Below, in pieces: positions 11,738 through 23,969 of a stretch of 64,000 nt of DNA. The first letter of the stretch is position 1. Every line of letters begins with the position of its first letter. A model generated the notes under the pieces. It made no database searches. It saw only the letters and a list, made by a program, of their open reading frames with translations, and was not told where the DNA came from. Origin of the DNA: Eukaryota sp. GEM-RC1. Its lineage: Eukaryota. The position numbers and the translations under genes are program-made. The stretch spans positions 868,001 through 932,000 of the forward strand of contig JAUFOQ010000013.1 of assembly GCA_040285855.1 (NCBI GenBank), in the 5' to 3' direction.

Positions 11738-13501
11738 TTAATGTCGACTTAAAAAGCAATGAGTTGCAGAAGAAGCCATTGGACAATAACGACCATGTGC
11801 GCAAGGTACAAAGAAGGATTCTAAATTACGCGGGTCACAAGTGTAAGAGAAAGACGATGGAAGCATAATGACATCAAACATTGTCAAAATACAAACAAAA
11901 AGGAAATAATCCTCATCAGAACAAGCTAAACGGATCTCGCTAAAGAAGGGACTAAACCACGTGCATAAAACATAAAGCAATGCAAACATTGAATGTTTTG
12001 GATAATTAAAATATTTCCACAAATCAGGTGTAATTACTAAAACCTGAACACCATGCTTAATACTACTGTAAAAGAAGGTAAATAATCGATAGAAGACCCT
12101 GCGTACCTGATCAATATCAGAAAAATCATAAATAGTTGTCTCTTCCAATGTTGTCCTTTGCAACTTAACAACTTCTTCAGCAACAACTGACAATATAGTA
12201 ACTACGTGGGGTTCAGGAAGTCGATTATAGCAATCAGAAGGAGGTCCTCGAAATATTTCAACACTTTCAGATACAATCACGTCATCAGTTAAGGGAAACG
12301 TAAGTGATTGTGGAGTTGTCATTCGGTCTGAATAGCTAACATTTCCAGAATCAACAGCAATAAGAAATGAACTTCGTCTGAATAAATCACCATGAAGTGC
12401 AGGAGTACCGCAAGTATATGACAAAACATGTGGATCTAGAAAATTTAAAATACCAACACTTTTAACTGGATTCGCGATTCCTAGCCAATCATCTGACGTG
12501 TATTCAACGTTGGTCATCAACTCTGCCTGCCTACGTGGCAGTGAAAGAGAAGACAGATTAGGGAAGGAATACACCGTATTCTTAATTTGACCAAGAAATT
12601 TAAAATACTCATTGTTGCGTAAACCTTTAGATAGATCTTTCAAAGCTCTCAGTTGGTATAACCCAAGCAAAAGCCTATAGTTAGGATATAACTGAAAGCG
12701 GGGAATTTGGCGGAAACCAGTTAATAACTGATCCCGATCCTCAGAGATGTTTCTTTTAGAACTTGCCCACTCAGAATACTTACTCAAAGATGACGTGAAA
12801 AGTGAAGGAAAACTTTGATTCCTTAATTCAGGCTTCGAAATCCCTGGCGATGGAGTTTTAGAGTTATACTTTCTTAAACAAACAACAGTCATGGTGTGTT
12901 TTGTCTGTGAAATCGCCGTCACTTCAATTGTAGTACCAGAGTGTTGGTCAGAAACAACACGATCCGAAGCAAGGACGTATAGATTCCTCTGGGGGTCTTT
13001 AACAATGACACCGGGGAGTCCTGTAGAAGTTCTAGGAACAGCCAGATTTCCCGGAGAAAAGGTAAGGACAATTTCGTAGAAGTAGGGTTGTTGAAAAGCA
13101 GGTAGAGGCTGTATAGATCTGTATTGAATGTCTGAGATGTCATGCTTGAGACCCTTGATAGTGTTGAACTGTTGCCCTCCAATAGTCATTTGGAACTCAA
13201 CATGAACGAAGTCATGGTCCACAACTTCTTGAATTGTTCTGGTAAAGACAATGCCTCGTTCAAGTAAAGCAGCTTCGGCGGATACAACAAATTCCTGTAA
13301 GTGATCGCGATGAACAAAAGGAAAACAAGTAGTTCGACGTTGGACATTGTTGGGTTGAGGAGGATATCCAACAATCCTCGGAGAATTATTGCCAGAATTA
13401 TTCGAAATCGGACCTTGTGGGTATGAAGGGTGATATTGTACACGACCAAATGGACGCATCTCAACAGATCCCATATTTACCGACGAATTAAAAGGATTCA
13501 T
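11738..13501 (-). CDS. Paralogue B of 8395-10368 (pseudo-PARG macrodomain plus PBZ-like finger)
   Basis: 587-aa ORF colinear with paralogue A. The core is nearly identical; ends CAHGRYCPMASSATHCFLSRH. Confidence 0.65.
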   Translation of the reverse strand: MNPFNSSVNMGSVEMRPFGRVQYHPSYPQGPISNNSGNNSPRIVGYPPQPNNVQRRTTCFPFVHRDHLQEFVVSAEAALLERGIVFTRTIQEVVDHDFVHVEFQMTIGGQQFNTIKGLKHDISDIQYRSIQPLPAFQQPYFYEIVLTFSPGNLAVPRTSTGLPGVIVKDPQRNLYVLASDRVVSDQHSGTTIEVTAISQTKHTMTVVCLRKYNSKTPSPGISKPELRNQSFPSLFTSSLSKYSEWASSKRNISEDRDQLLTGFRQIPRFQLYPNYRLLLGLYQLRALKDLSKGLRNNEYFKFLGQIKNTVYSFPNLSSLSLPRRQAELMTNVEYTSDDWLGIANPVKSVGILNFLDPHVLSYTCGTPALHGDLFRRSSFLIAVDSGNVSYSDRMTTPQSLTFPLTDDVIVSESVEIFRGPPSDCYNRLPEPHVVTILSVVAEEVVKLQRTTLEETTIYDFSDIDQVRRVFYRLFTFFYSSIKHGVQVLVITPDLWKYFNYPKHSMFALLYVLCTWFSPFFSEIRLACSDEDYFLFVCILTMFDVIMLPSSFSYTCDPRNLESFFVPCAHGRYCPMASSATHCFLSRH

Positions 13502-13550
13502 TTTTTAAAGCAGAGATTTTTTGAAGGAGAGAAGATCCAATTCTTTGTCT

Positions 13551-13921
13551 ATGGGAAAACGTCTTCATCATCACTTTTCTCCGAGTAAGGGCTTCTATTA
13601 TTGTTCTACTTGTTTTAATCCCCTTTTGCAGCAGACCAAATTATATCACACAATTTTCAAGGTCGAAGTGGGAGTGCAGTTCTTGTCAATTCTTGTTACA
13701 ACATAGAATTAGGTGAAATGGAGCCAAAAACTCTCATGACTGGAGATCATGTAATCCAAAACGTGATCTGTACTGTTTGCGGTACGTCCTCTCCTAATCT
13801 TCTAATACCAGGAGAGTATCTTGGTTGGACTTATGTAAAGGCTTCCGATCATGATCAACAGTACAAAGTTGGAAAGTTTGTTCTTGAGTTAGAGCTTATT
13901 GAGTTATTTAAGGACAGTTGA
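13551..13921 (+). CDS. Yippee-like (YPEL) zinc-binding protein; -1 frameshift near 13621-13627 and 30-nt intron 13782-13811
   Basis: YYCSTC, then (shifted frame) DQIISHNFQGRSGSA, LMTGDH, CTVCG-EYLGWTY and QQYKVGKFVLE: the Yippee signature. Confidence 0.88.
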
Positions 13922-14131
13922 TGACATGAATGGATCTATCCCAACTTGATGTGTGGTGGTTTATGTGACCAAATCCTTTCTAGTTCGTTTGTATATATTT
14001 TCGGGAACAATCGAAACGCTCTTATTTCACAGTCTTACATGTCCCTACATGTAGATGTTTTGTTAATAAAAGTCCTTTAGGATCGGATGACAACAATGAA
14101 GCATAATTTTTTCTTATACATATAGACCAAC

Positions 14132-14461
14132 ATGAGTTCTTCCTCTTCACAGAGAGACCGTCTTCTTGAATCTCAGTCATCACTGGACCATACCGACTCC
14201 CAACTTAAGAAAAGCCGTGTTCTTGCCGAAGAATCTCTTACCATGGGAACCGAAGCTCTTAACAGTCTTCGCGGTCAACGTGAAACTCTTCAAAGGTCAC
14301 GCGGTCGTCTCGATACTACAAACCAGAACATTTCTCAAGGACGGATGTTTATTCGGTCCATGAACCGCAGGGTTATCACTAACAAGATCATTCTCTCTGC
14401 CATCATTTCCTTGCTCTTCTTTTTGATAGTATTTCTTGTTTACAATCGTTTCTTTAGCTAA
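14132..14461 (+). CDS. Vti1-like Qb-SNARE (SNARE motif plus C-terminal TM helix)
   Basis: QRDRLL...LRGQRETL...MNRRVITNKIIL followed by a hydrophobic tail. Confidence 0.8.
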   Translation: MSSSSSQRDRLLESQSSLDHTDSQLKKSRVLAEESLTMGTEALNSLRGQRETLQRSRGRLDTTNQNISQGRMFIRSMNRRVITNKIILSAIISLLFFLIVFLVYNRFFS

Positions 14462-14788
14462 GTTGAGCTTGATGTAAGCCGTCTGTTATTGCTTATGTTT
14501 GGTGTTGAATTTGTAAACTTTTGTATTGTGCTTTACTGTACACTGATGCAAAACACCCTGATTTAGACTATACTATAGTAGTTGAACAATTATCCCTTTC
14601 AGACTATTTCTTTGATAGTCACTAATTGCTGCTTTGATTTAGTAGTTAGATTAAGAACGTGAATAGAATTGGATGTTGAGCAAATGTCATTTACAATTTC
14701 GCTTTGAACTTTTCAAATTATATTTAAATTGCAGCGGACAACGTTAACACAGATTCCGTCCATTGAGGTCTAAACTTACATCACATAA

Positions 14789-16632
14789 ATGATATCAAAG
14801 TACAGCATCGTTATTTGTGTAATTCAAAATTTGCGACCTTCCAACACCACATTCGGGCAACTTATGAAGACACTCATCCCCAGCATTATCAATGGTTTTC
14901 AATCCTTTGATTATCTCGTCTGTACACATCATGCATCAGATTCATCCATTGATATCAAAGTTCAACCAACCACTGCCTCTTTTCATGTCGTAGTCTACCT
15001 GGACCCCCTCTTTACCATCATTTGTGACTATGTGGATCTTCAGTCTTCGTTCACGTCCGTTATTCAAACAGTCAACAATCTCTCCACAGACTATGACAAG
15101 GCTCTTTCACTGGTCAATCTACTTGTTCAAACCATAGCTTCATTCATTGGTACCAACTTCCGTCCTTTACCTGCCCTTGACGTTCCCTCGAATTCCACCG
15201 ATGGCATATTCTCCTCTTCTGATCTCATGGGTTCTTTTGAAGGATTTGATGACTTTGATGGATTTGAAGAATGCACAGAGGACTATCACTTTTCTGCTTC
15301 TCAAGTGTCTATTCACAACTTAGATTGGATACCCTCTTTTCTCAACTGAAGTTTGACCACACCATACCGAAGTTCTCTATTGGAAAGGAAGTCCACATCT
15401 CCATTAGAGTCAACGTGGCCAACTACATGTCCTCCTTTCATATGAAAATCTACGGACTTGAATCTCTATTTGAGTTTGTGTTAATTCTAGGATGTTTTGA
15501 GTCGGATGCTATTACACCAACTATCAGAGTTTGCTCTGACGACAGACCTCAAGTAGAGCGACTGCTGTGTAGACGTATTTCACAACAATTGAAAACCATC
15601 ACGTCAGCAAAGGGATCACGGATCGACGATTTGTTCATTTCTGGACTCACTGTTGTTATTGAAGAAGAATGTCAGAATGTGGCAGATCGTTGTTCTATCT
15701 GTGATATATTATTGTCAAGCCAAGGTCTCAGTTCAGGTCCTAAACTTACATATTGCGATAATCTAGCGTGTGGCTTTTCCTTCACTGAACTAGGAGTCTG
15801 CTTTAACGTAATTGAAGAGATACAACGGAATGGAACAGCAGTTGAGTTGCTCTTGTCATTTGCGTATGCTGCGTTATCTTCTTCTGGCTCTCACCGAGAA
15901 CGGTTATTTACTTCGTGCCCAACAGACTTTCTGGCTAGTAATGGGACTGCTGATTTCTCAAAGCTGTCCTCGGGATTAAGTTTGATTCCTCCAATTCAGA
16001 GTTTACGGAAGGTGTCTTCTGATGGAGAGATTCGGAAGACATTGGGACCAGAGAACTTCAGACTTTTGCGTTATATCATTGCCACTAATCGTAGTTTTAT
16101 ACTGAGCGTTCCATCAACTAGTAAGTACTACCTCTCTGGATTGGGCGGGGATCAGTTTTTGATCTCGTCAGCAGATCCTAAAAGGGAAGTTAAGTTTCAA
16201 CAAGCTTGTCAACAATACGGCTACACGTGGGCCTACCACGGGAGTCGTTCCTGTAATTGGTGGAACATCATTGGATTGAATCAAGGAGTCAAGAACCTTT
16301 CTGGAACTACTCTGCAAAGAAATGGAGCTGCCCATGGACCAGGTGTTTACCTCAGTATAACTCCTGGAACTGCTTGTAGTTATGGTGGTGGTTTTTCTCC
16401 AAGACCAGGAATTTCTAATATATCTTCTGGATCTGCAGTTGTTGTTTGTCAAATAGTCAAAGCTCCGGAGTACAATTCTTGGGTTAAGTCTAATAGTTAT
16501 CTGGTGATTCCCAATGATTTCTATGTTCTACCTCGGTATTTTGTCATCAATTGTAACTCTTCGGGAAATGTTGGCAATATTAATACCACAAATTTTTGTT
16601 CTTCCGAAGTTTTGAGTGAGTTGTTTACATAA
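14789..16632 (+). CDS. PARP6/PARP8-like (mono-)ADP-ribosyltransferase; ORFs 14789-15349 and 15271-16632 joined by a -1 shift or short intron
   Basis: CSICD...CDNLACGFSFTELGV C4 motif; YHGS..NWWNII; NLSGTTLQRNGAAHGPGVYLS; YLVIPN..VLPRYFVI. Start codon uncertain. Confidence 0.85.
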
Positions 16633-16904
16633 AGACTTTGTATAGAAGCAATCTGTAGTTGTCAATTATGATAGAGGAAATTTCAACACAAATTACAGAG
16701 GTATACATACTAGTAAATTTGAACATTCAAAAGGTTCTGTCGAATCAGTGATCTGATCATATTTAATCTGTTGATTTACTGACGTAGGAAGTATGGATCA
16801 GTACCAGATTTTTTCTTCCCGTTGTTCGTCTATGGCCGTATCCAAATGGTTTATCCTCGTGCACCGAAACGCTGCCAAAACGATACCGGTACTGCTATAC
16901 CGTA

Positions 16905-17274
16905 CCGTATTTTCAAAAACGTTGGGTGGAAAAACAGTGGGAATTTTGGGAATATTTGGGAGTTGGCCCAAAGTTTGTTTTCCAGCCTTTGTTTTTTTCG
17001 ATGTTTTTTACAGAAACAATCTAGGTTCTACTAGTAGTGTGGTAATACACGTTTATTGCATTAAATTCAAATACAATCAGTACAACACTCCTGAATTTGC
17101 ATAACACTACTAGCGTCTCTCTGAGAGAAATAGGCATAAATATGACTTCTTTTATTGCCAGCAGATGACATTAAAAAACAAACACTGGGAAGGAAATATG
17201 ATGTTCCCACTTTTTGTTTTCCCACTGTTTTATTTTTCCCACTGTTTTTCCACACAACGTTTTTGAAAATACGG
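16905..17274. mobile_element. Tc1/mariner(pogo)-type MITE
   Basis: About 39-bp TIRs CCGTATTTTCAAAAACGTTG(G/T)GTGGAAAAACAGTGGGAA, flanked by TA on both sides (16903-4, 17275-6). No ORF. Confidence 0.85.
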
Positions 17275-17280
17275 TAAACA

Positions 17281-17354
17281 TCCCGCGTGGCGCAATTGGT
17301 TAACGCGTTCGACTCTTAATCGAACGATTGAGGGTTCGAGTCCCTCCGCGGGAG
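17281..17354 (+). tRNA. tRNA-Lys(CTT)
   Basis: Acceptor stem TCCCGCG/CGCGGGA; anticodon arm TTCGA-CTCTTAA-TCGAA; T arm GAGGG-TTCGAGT-CCCTC. Confidence 0.95.
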
Positions 17355-17419
17355 CAAAATTTATATTTGGTGATTTTACTAAGTAATTGTAATCAACATC
17401 CCTTTTGTCGAAACTATTG

Positions 17420-19316
17420 ATGTTGATCGACGTTCACGTGATTTGGAATTGTATGGGCGACTTTTAAGTGGACTTTATAGAAGCATCTTAATTGAATCAG
17501 TTGATGTATTCTCTTCATTTGCCAGTGATTCCTCTTTAATTGAACCCTATTTTCAATTCTAAGAGTATTACAGAACTTGTTCTACGGAAAATACTTGATG
17601 AGCCTTTGAAATCAAACATTTCTTTTAAAAAAAACTGATTGTTGCAAGATATGCGTCTTTTTTTGTTTTGTTCCAATAAATTCTTCTCTGGTGGAATTAG
17701 TAGTAAGTACCTGTTACAACAGGCTTTTAAGATTTGATAATCTTGAATCACAATCCTTTGTCAAAATGTTAGAGCTCAACACTAGTTTACTTGTTTCAAC
17801 TGTTGATGGCCCACAATTAAATTCTAGTCAATTGAAAACCATTCTCGATGCTCTTGAACACAATACGGTATTAAAGAAAGTCAGTTTTCCTTATATTAAC
17901 TTGAGTTGCCTAGTAGTACTGTTTCAAAAGCTGTCATTTACTAAATTTTCAACAATTATTGATGTTTCGCCACACACTGTAGATCTCTCTCTTGGTTACA
18001 TTCACTTTGGGTCTGATCGATATGACCAGTCAGACGAAGATCAGTTGGACACAATTTTAAATGCTGTACAATCAAATGTCCCTATTAAACGTATTAATTA
18101 CCCTGGTTGGAAGAATGCAACCTTTCTTCAACTTATTTTAATATTTAAAATTTTATCTCTTAACAAATAAATTTTTGATGTCAATTTGCCTTCCCATTCA
18201 ATGGATGTTGACAATGGTCTGTTTTCATGCTCACACCCTTCCTTTGATTATCCTAATTGTTCAGCTTTTGTGCAAGATTTTTGCAAAGCCACAATATCAA
18301 AAGGCTTATCCTTAAAAATTGTATTTTTAATCAGTCGACTTCTACTTTATTTGACTTAATCAAAAACAATACCACGTTAACTTTTTTTGGAAATAAGCCA
18401 CGCTAAACTATCTAATGACTTGACTTTGGAATTGTTCTCGACAGTTAAAAGGAATTTTGGTTTAAAAGAATTCCGCTTTATAAGTAGTTACATATCACTT
18501 ACTAATCTTGTAATATTTTATGATGATTATGCTATTGGTTTGAAATGTCGTGTTGATCGTGATCCTTATTCAATCGATGTCGCACGTGATTCAATTTTTT
18601 CTGTTAGTAGAGCTCATTGTTCCGATTTGACGTGTCTCTGGTATGCTTTAAATACAGGATCTTCTATTAAACGAGTTGATTTTCGCTGGAAGGACCCGAC
18701 TTTCGAAGAATTTTTAGCAGTGTTTCAAATAATGTCCATTGGTCGTTCAGTGCTCGGTTTTGATTTATCGCCACACTGTATCGATTTTGATAATTGTCTT
18801 TATTGTTTTGCACCAGACAAGTCTACATCAATAACAAAAGGGGTGGCGTCATCGTTAGAGTTCTCGTTGCAGTCTTTTAGTATCAAAGAGTTTACTCTTA
18901 ACAGATGTCGTTTTAATCACAAAGAAATCAATAAGTTTTGTGATTGGATTAAAGATCAACATTCCCTGAATTCGATTGATATGAGCCATTGTGAAATATC
19001 TGATGATGATCCTGTGCACATTTTGAATTCAATATCAGGTCTTACAGTATTGAAATTTTTAAAAATGATTAAATATTCAATTGGTACTAAGGGAGCCATT
19101 ACCTTATCAGAGTTGTTAAAGAATAATTCGACGATTGTACTCATTCATCTTCAACACAACTCTGTCTTTAATGAAGGAGCTATTGCTATATCTGAATCTT
19201 TGAAAGTTAATTCACTAATAACTGAAGTTATTCTTAGGGGAAACCCTGTTGATCCCGCAACTAAGCAATCTTTCAGTAGAATTTCAAATAATCGTATCAA
19301 ATGGTCGTTCTGGTGA
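17420..19316 (+). pseudogene. Degenerate or fragmented LRR protein gene of a second family
   Basis: ORF pieces 17691-18170 and 18387-19316 share internal SPHxxD repeats. The C-terminus has RI-like LRRs (EGAIAISESLKVNS..ISNNRIK). The pieces are separated by stops and shifts; the 5' boundary is approximate. Confidence 0.6.
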
Positions 19317-20034
19317 CCCTAAGTTGACAGAAGGTGACGTGTTCTGTCAAATTGAAAGTAGAATATACAAAAGTTATTGTTTACACCTTATCTTATCTGG
19401 TATAACCAGTATCTTTATACGCCAGTTAAAGAACTATTTTTATTGACTGCTTGGAGCACTTTGAGTCCCCCAAAATTTTAATTCAACTCAATCCAACAAC
19501 TGTACAATTTTTTCAAGTCAAAAGTGTTTTTAGTTCAGTTCATTCAGTTGTTTTCACTACTAGTACTAGTACATTGTATATGAAGAAACTACAATACATT
19601 TCTTCATTTTCAAATTATTTCTGTAACAAACGTTAGAGCGACTCATCACCTTCTTAATGTTAACATTTGATGTTAAAATTATTTAAAATAGAAGAATGAG
19701 CCTTGAGTAGTAATTGTGTTTCCAAAAGCCCTTAACAACTCTCTGCAATGAGCCTCAATAGTTCAAAACATTGACATTGAAGGGAACAATAAAGTCGATC
19801 TAAAACGTCGTTTGTACTAAAAGAATGATATACGGGCAATTGCAGTACATTTGAACTATCTAGCTAGTACAGTAACAAAATAGAGGTGGAAAACAATGTT
19901 AGGACACATATACAGGTCCAGGATGCACCAAAATGCAACGATCATGTATGAGTATTGGATTCTGAACAAGGCTCAAAAATTGAGAACCAAATAGGACAGG
20001 ACAAAGTGGCAAAGCTATTTCCCACTCTTTGCCA

Positions 20035-21751
20035 ATGAAACTCCTGTTTGCTTTTGTTATAACGCTGCTCTTTGCACTTATTTCTGCACGTGATGTGTCC
20101 TACACCATCTATCACACCACTGATGTACATGGTTGGCTTCTTGAAAAACGCCACAATCCAGATGAAAACGCCGATTTCGGTGATCTGTTGTCTTTGATTA
20201 CTCACGTAAATGCTACCGCCCTCAAGGAACGCAGAAACGTTCTCTTCTTTGATACCGGTGATCAACTTCAGGTAGGTTCTATATTTATATCTCATCACAG
20301 GGTACTGGGTTATCCGACGCTACTGATCCTGCTGGTACAGTAGTCATGGAAGCAACAGATAAGCTACCATATGATGCTCTAACCATTGGTAACCATGAAC
20401 TTGGCCTACCCGACAGTATGGATTGGATGTACAAGAACTACCGTCATCTCCACGAAGGACGTATGATCTCATCCAATGTTATCTACTCCAATGACAAGCT
20501 CTTTGCCAAACCCTACCGCGTCATCAAGTCTCCCGCCTCTGGTCATAACATCCTCTCCGTTGGGTTTATGTACGATGATAGATATCCTCATAAGAACACG
20601 CGTGTTGAAACTGTCAAGAAGACTGTCCAGTCCGCTGACTTCCAGAAGATGTTACGTGAGAACGAACATGCCGCCTTCATTGTCCTCCTCTGCCATTTCC
20701 CTCATGAAAACCCTGAAACCGAAGTGATTAGAAAAGCCATCCGCAATGTTTTCCCTGACAAGGCCTTATTCTTCCTCACCGGTCATAGACATCAACTCCG
20801 CTGGGCTCAATTAGACAGCAATGCCTACGCCTTGGAAAGTGGATGCTACTATCACTCCATTGGTAAACTTGAATTCACTTTTAGTGAAGAAAACGGTGTT
20901 GTCTCTAATGTCCAACACAAGTGGATCCAAGCTAACCGTGAGAAACTCATTGAAGAAGCGGGTGTTCCTTCCCGTCAATTCGACACTACTGATGGTCTCA
21001 AACTCAAGAAGTTTTTGAAGAAGAAGTTTGAAGATTTGCACCTTGCTGATCGACTTGGATGTGCTAAGTTTACTTATAAAAAACGTGCTCCAATCTCTGA
21101 CAAGGATTCCATCTTTAAGCTTTGGATTAATGACATTTTTCCCTCAATTGAAGCTGAATCTGATAACCAACAGATCTTTGTCATGAACACTGGTTCAATG
21201 AGATCTAACATTTATGAAGGTGACGTGGTTGTTGATGACGTGATGGCTATTGATCCATTTGATAACCAATATGTTTACTTCCAAGATCTTACTCTCTATC
21301 AAATCCAGGCTCTAATCGGTTCCCTCCACTATCACGGAGACTTTGGTGTTACTGAAAACGGCGATCGACTCCCTAATTACTATCATACGTGGTATACAGG
21401 TGGATATGATGGTTATGACGTCATTACTGATGATTACACTGCCGTCAAACTTAAGGATATGTTGAAAAAATCGAACCTTCAAGGGAATGGAATTTTGTAC
21501 CATATGATGGTGAGTTTACTTCTTCTAGAGGTGCTTTGAGTTATCATATTAAAACGTCACCAGATTTTGAGTGCAACTTTTCCTTGGGTAGTAGAACGTT
21601 CTATATTTCTTCTCTTCAAATGCCTGTTGTTTTGGGATCTGCTATCTTGATTTCTGCTGTACTTTCTATGGTTATTGGTTTGTTTGTTAAGAGGCCTTCT
21701 AAGGATGGGGATTTGATTATGAATGATGATTTGATTGAGACTCTGTTGTAA
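20035..21751 (+). CDS. Secreted/membrane-anchored 5'-nucleotidase-type calcineurin-like phosphoesterase; 29-nt intron 20272-20300 and -1 shift in A6 at 21465-21470
   Basis: Signal peptide; HTTDVHGW, DTGDQLQ|GTGLSDAT, GNHE, GHRH, NTGSMR and DPFDN motifs; C-terminal TM helix. Confidence 0.9.
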
Positions 21752-21871
21752 TTGCATTCTAGTATTTGTATATATTAGTTATTATCATTTTATAAATGTT
21801 TGAATTGTAATTTGTTAATTTAATATAAAGATACATTGATCGTCAAAATTTAGAACCTTCAGTACTGTAAC

Positions 21872-22295
21872 TAGGGATGGGGGAAACTCCACTCAAGTTC
21901 TACTGCAAGATTCCACTTCACTCCAAAATGATATACGATTTGGAGTTGTGTCGGAATGTTATGAGTCAAGCGATACTTGCTATTTCATTAGCATTTCTAA
22001 GTAAGAATTGTCCATAGCTGACAAAAAACGCCTAGAGTTACACGATTTGTAGTTATCATTGACCTAATTGAAATAAACGTATCTATGATATCGCTTAAAA
22101 GGCGAAAAAGTTAAAACTATCGTCCAGCAAGACCTGTGTAAACTTCTTACCAAATTCTGAACACAGCTTTTGAAATAACTTCTGAAACTCTTCTTTAGTA
22201 ACCACTGAAAGTCTACAAGTGACTTGAGTTGGAGTGAAGTTCACTTGTAAAATGTTATGTTTGGAGTGAAGTGAAGTTGGAGTTCCCCATCCCTA
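21872..22295. mobile_element. hAT-type MITE
   Basis: Ends TAGGGATGGGG..AACTCCA / TGGAGTTCCCCATCCCTA. 8-bp TSD actgtaac/actgcaac (one mismatch). A related remnant lies at about 44280-44515. Confidence 0.85.
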
Positions 22296-22674
22296 ACTGC
22301 AACTGTTCAGATTCCGTAAATACTCTCCGTATTTCATGACAAGAATATACTTTTTCGGAAATTAAAGTGTGTAATCAACAACGGTACAGAGCTCAATTAA
22401 TCGGAACGACTACAAAACTTATTGATATCCCACTAAATTTTTGTCACTACCCTTTTTTAAAAATGAATCACTCCCATGGTTAGTAAACATGACTCTTTTG
22501 AGTTCCACTTAACAATAACAAATAAGAATCTGTCGTGAAATACTTGCTAAAGAAGTGGAGTTGTGACAGACCAAAAGCAAGACCTTTCAGCAAAGTAGGT
22601 TTCTTTCCAAAGTCATGAGAGATGATCTTAAAAGCTAACAGATATCCGCTGACTGCACCAATTGGATTCCCTGA

Positions 22675-23133
22675 ATGAAAAGCGCAAGGAGGTCGAAGAA
22701 AAGGTGTATATTGGCCAATGTGGAAGCTGTTCCAGAGCAATCAGACCAACAAACAGTTTCACTTAAGTTAACATCACCAGTAATGTTTCAATGCTCACCT
22801 GCAGAGTTAAAGACAATGATGAGGGATCATGAATCATCTCCTCTATTAACACAGTCAACATTCAAAGAAATAGAAGATGTACCATACGAAGCATCTGAGG
22901 AATCCTATCAAAGTGATGAAGATGGAAAAGGATTAGAGAGGGAACTATCAGATACTGCCATTGAAGATGTAAACATGGTCAAGGAACATAGAGAACTTAT
23001 TCATTTATATCGAGGGCTGTCTAAGGAAAACATGGGGTTGGAACATCGTATGGAACAACTGGAGCGAGAGAACGTTCGGCTTAAACTTAGTTTGCGTCAA
23101 TACCAATTCGAACATGAGAAACCAACACAATAA
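22675..23133 (+). CDS. Hypothetical protein with C-terminal coiled coil
   Basis: 152-aa ATG ORF with an acidic middle and a heptad-like C-terminus. No family recognised. Confidence 0.5.
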   Translation: MKSARRSKKRCILANVEAVPEQSDQQTVSLKLTSPVMFQCSPAELKTMMRDHESSPLLTQSTFKEIEDVPYEASEESYQSDEDGKGLERELSDTAIEDVNMVKEHRELIHLYRGLSKENMGLEHRMEQLERENVRLKLSLRQYQFEHEKPTQ

Positions 23134-23969
23134 TGAAAAATCGGTGATCTATTTAGAATAATTTAAATGAGACTACTACATTGTACTATGTAGTAAAACT
23201 GTTTAGATAAAACCATGAAATACAGCTCTTATTCTGTAAATCCAGGCAATCGTCTAGTTAAAGCACTTGGTCTTGATCAATGCATCTTCCTCTAGCCCAA
23301 TGTCTGAACATGTTAAAAATGCCCATAATTTCCTTTCATTTATACTGGTGATTCCCATCAATGTTTGTTATGTGACGTACCATTACTGAACTAATGAGTA
23401 GTTTGGATAAGAGAGAGAATGACTAAAAGCAGAGAATTATGTTTCGTATAGAATCCAAAAGCTTTTCTTGATAAATTTAATTAATTCAATTTTATTGTTT
23501 TTTTAAAAAATCCAAAGGATTTCCAGTCACAGATTCAACGCTTACTCGTAGATAGATCTATAGAACGCCTTGAACATTCTAAAGCTAATAAATCGACCTG
23601 GCCTACAAAACTGCAACAAAAGACATCCATGTGGTTTCTTGTTGATTTCCAAAATCATTTTGATTGCAGAATTCCATTTATCATACTGCTTCCGTTTGAA
23701 CTTTGGAGTAAACACCAACAGAAAACACGTTAGAAACCGTTCAGCTTCAGTTGATAGTGTGATCCCAAACACTGTATGAATGAATTTCTGGTCCATGAGA
23801 GTCTTGGTGTAGTTTTGAATATGACGTGAGTTCGAGTTGACGTACAGGATTTCAAATACAAGATAAAATAGTCCATAATATAACTGATCTACATAATCTT
23901 GATCAATCCAATTCAATTTTAAAAGATAATTGAACTTTCGGACTCTAAAATCTTGAACTTTCTGATTAA

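Noticed and set aside
13575..13631. gtaagg...ttttgcag as an intron in the Yippee gene
   Set aside because: Splicing it would delete the first CxxC zinc ligands; a single-base homopolymer indel explains the frame better.
17420..19316. Stop-codon reassignment explaining interrupted ORFs
   Set aside because: Conserved genes end normally at TAA, TAG and TGA and lack internal stops.
23542..23916. 124-aa ORF downstream of the BTB gene, and other short track ORFs
   Set aside because: Non-ATG starts, no recognisable motifs, or overlap with better-supported genes.
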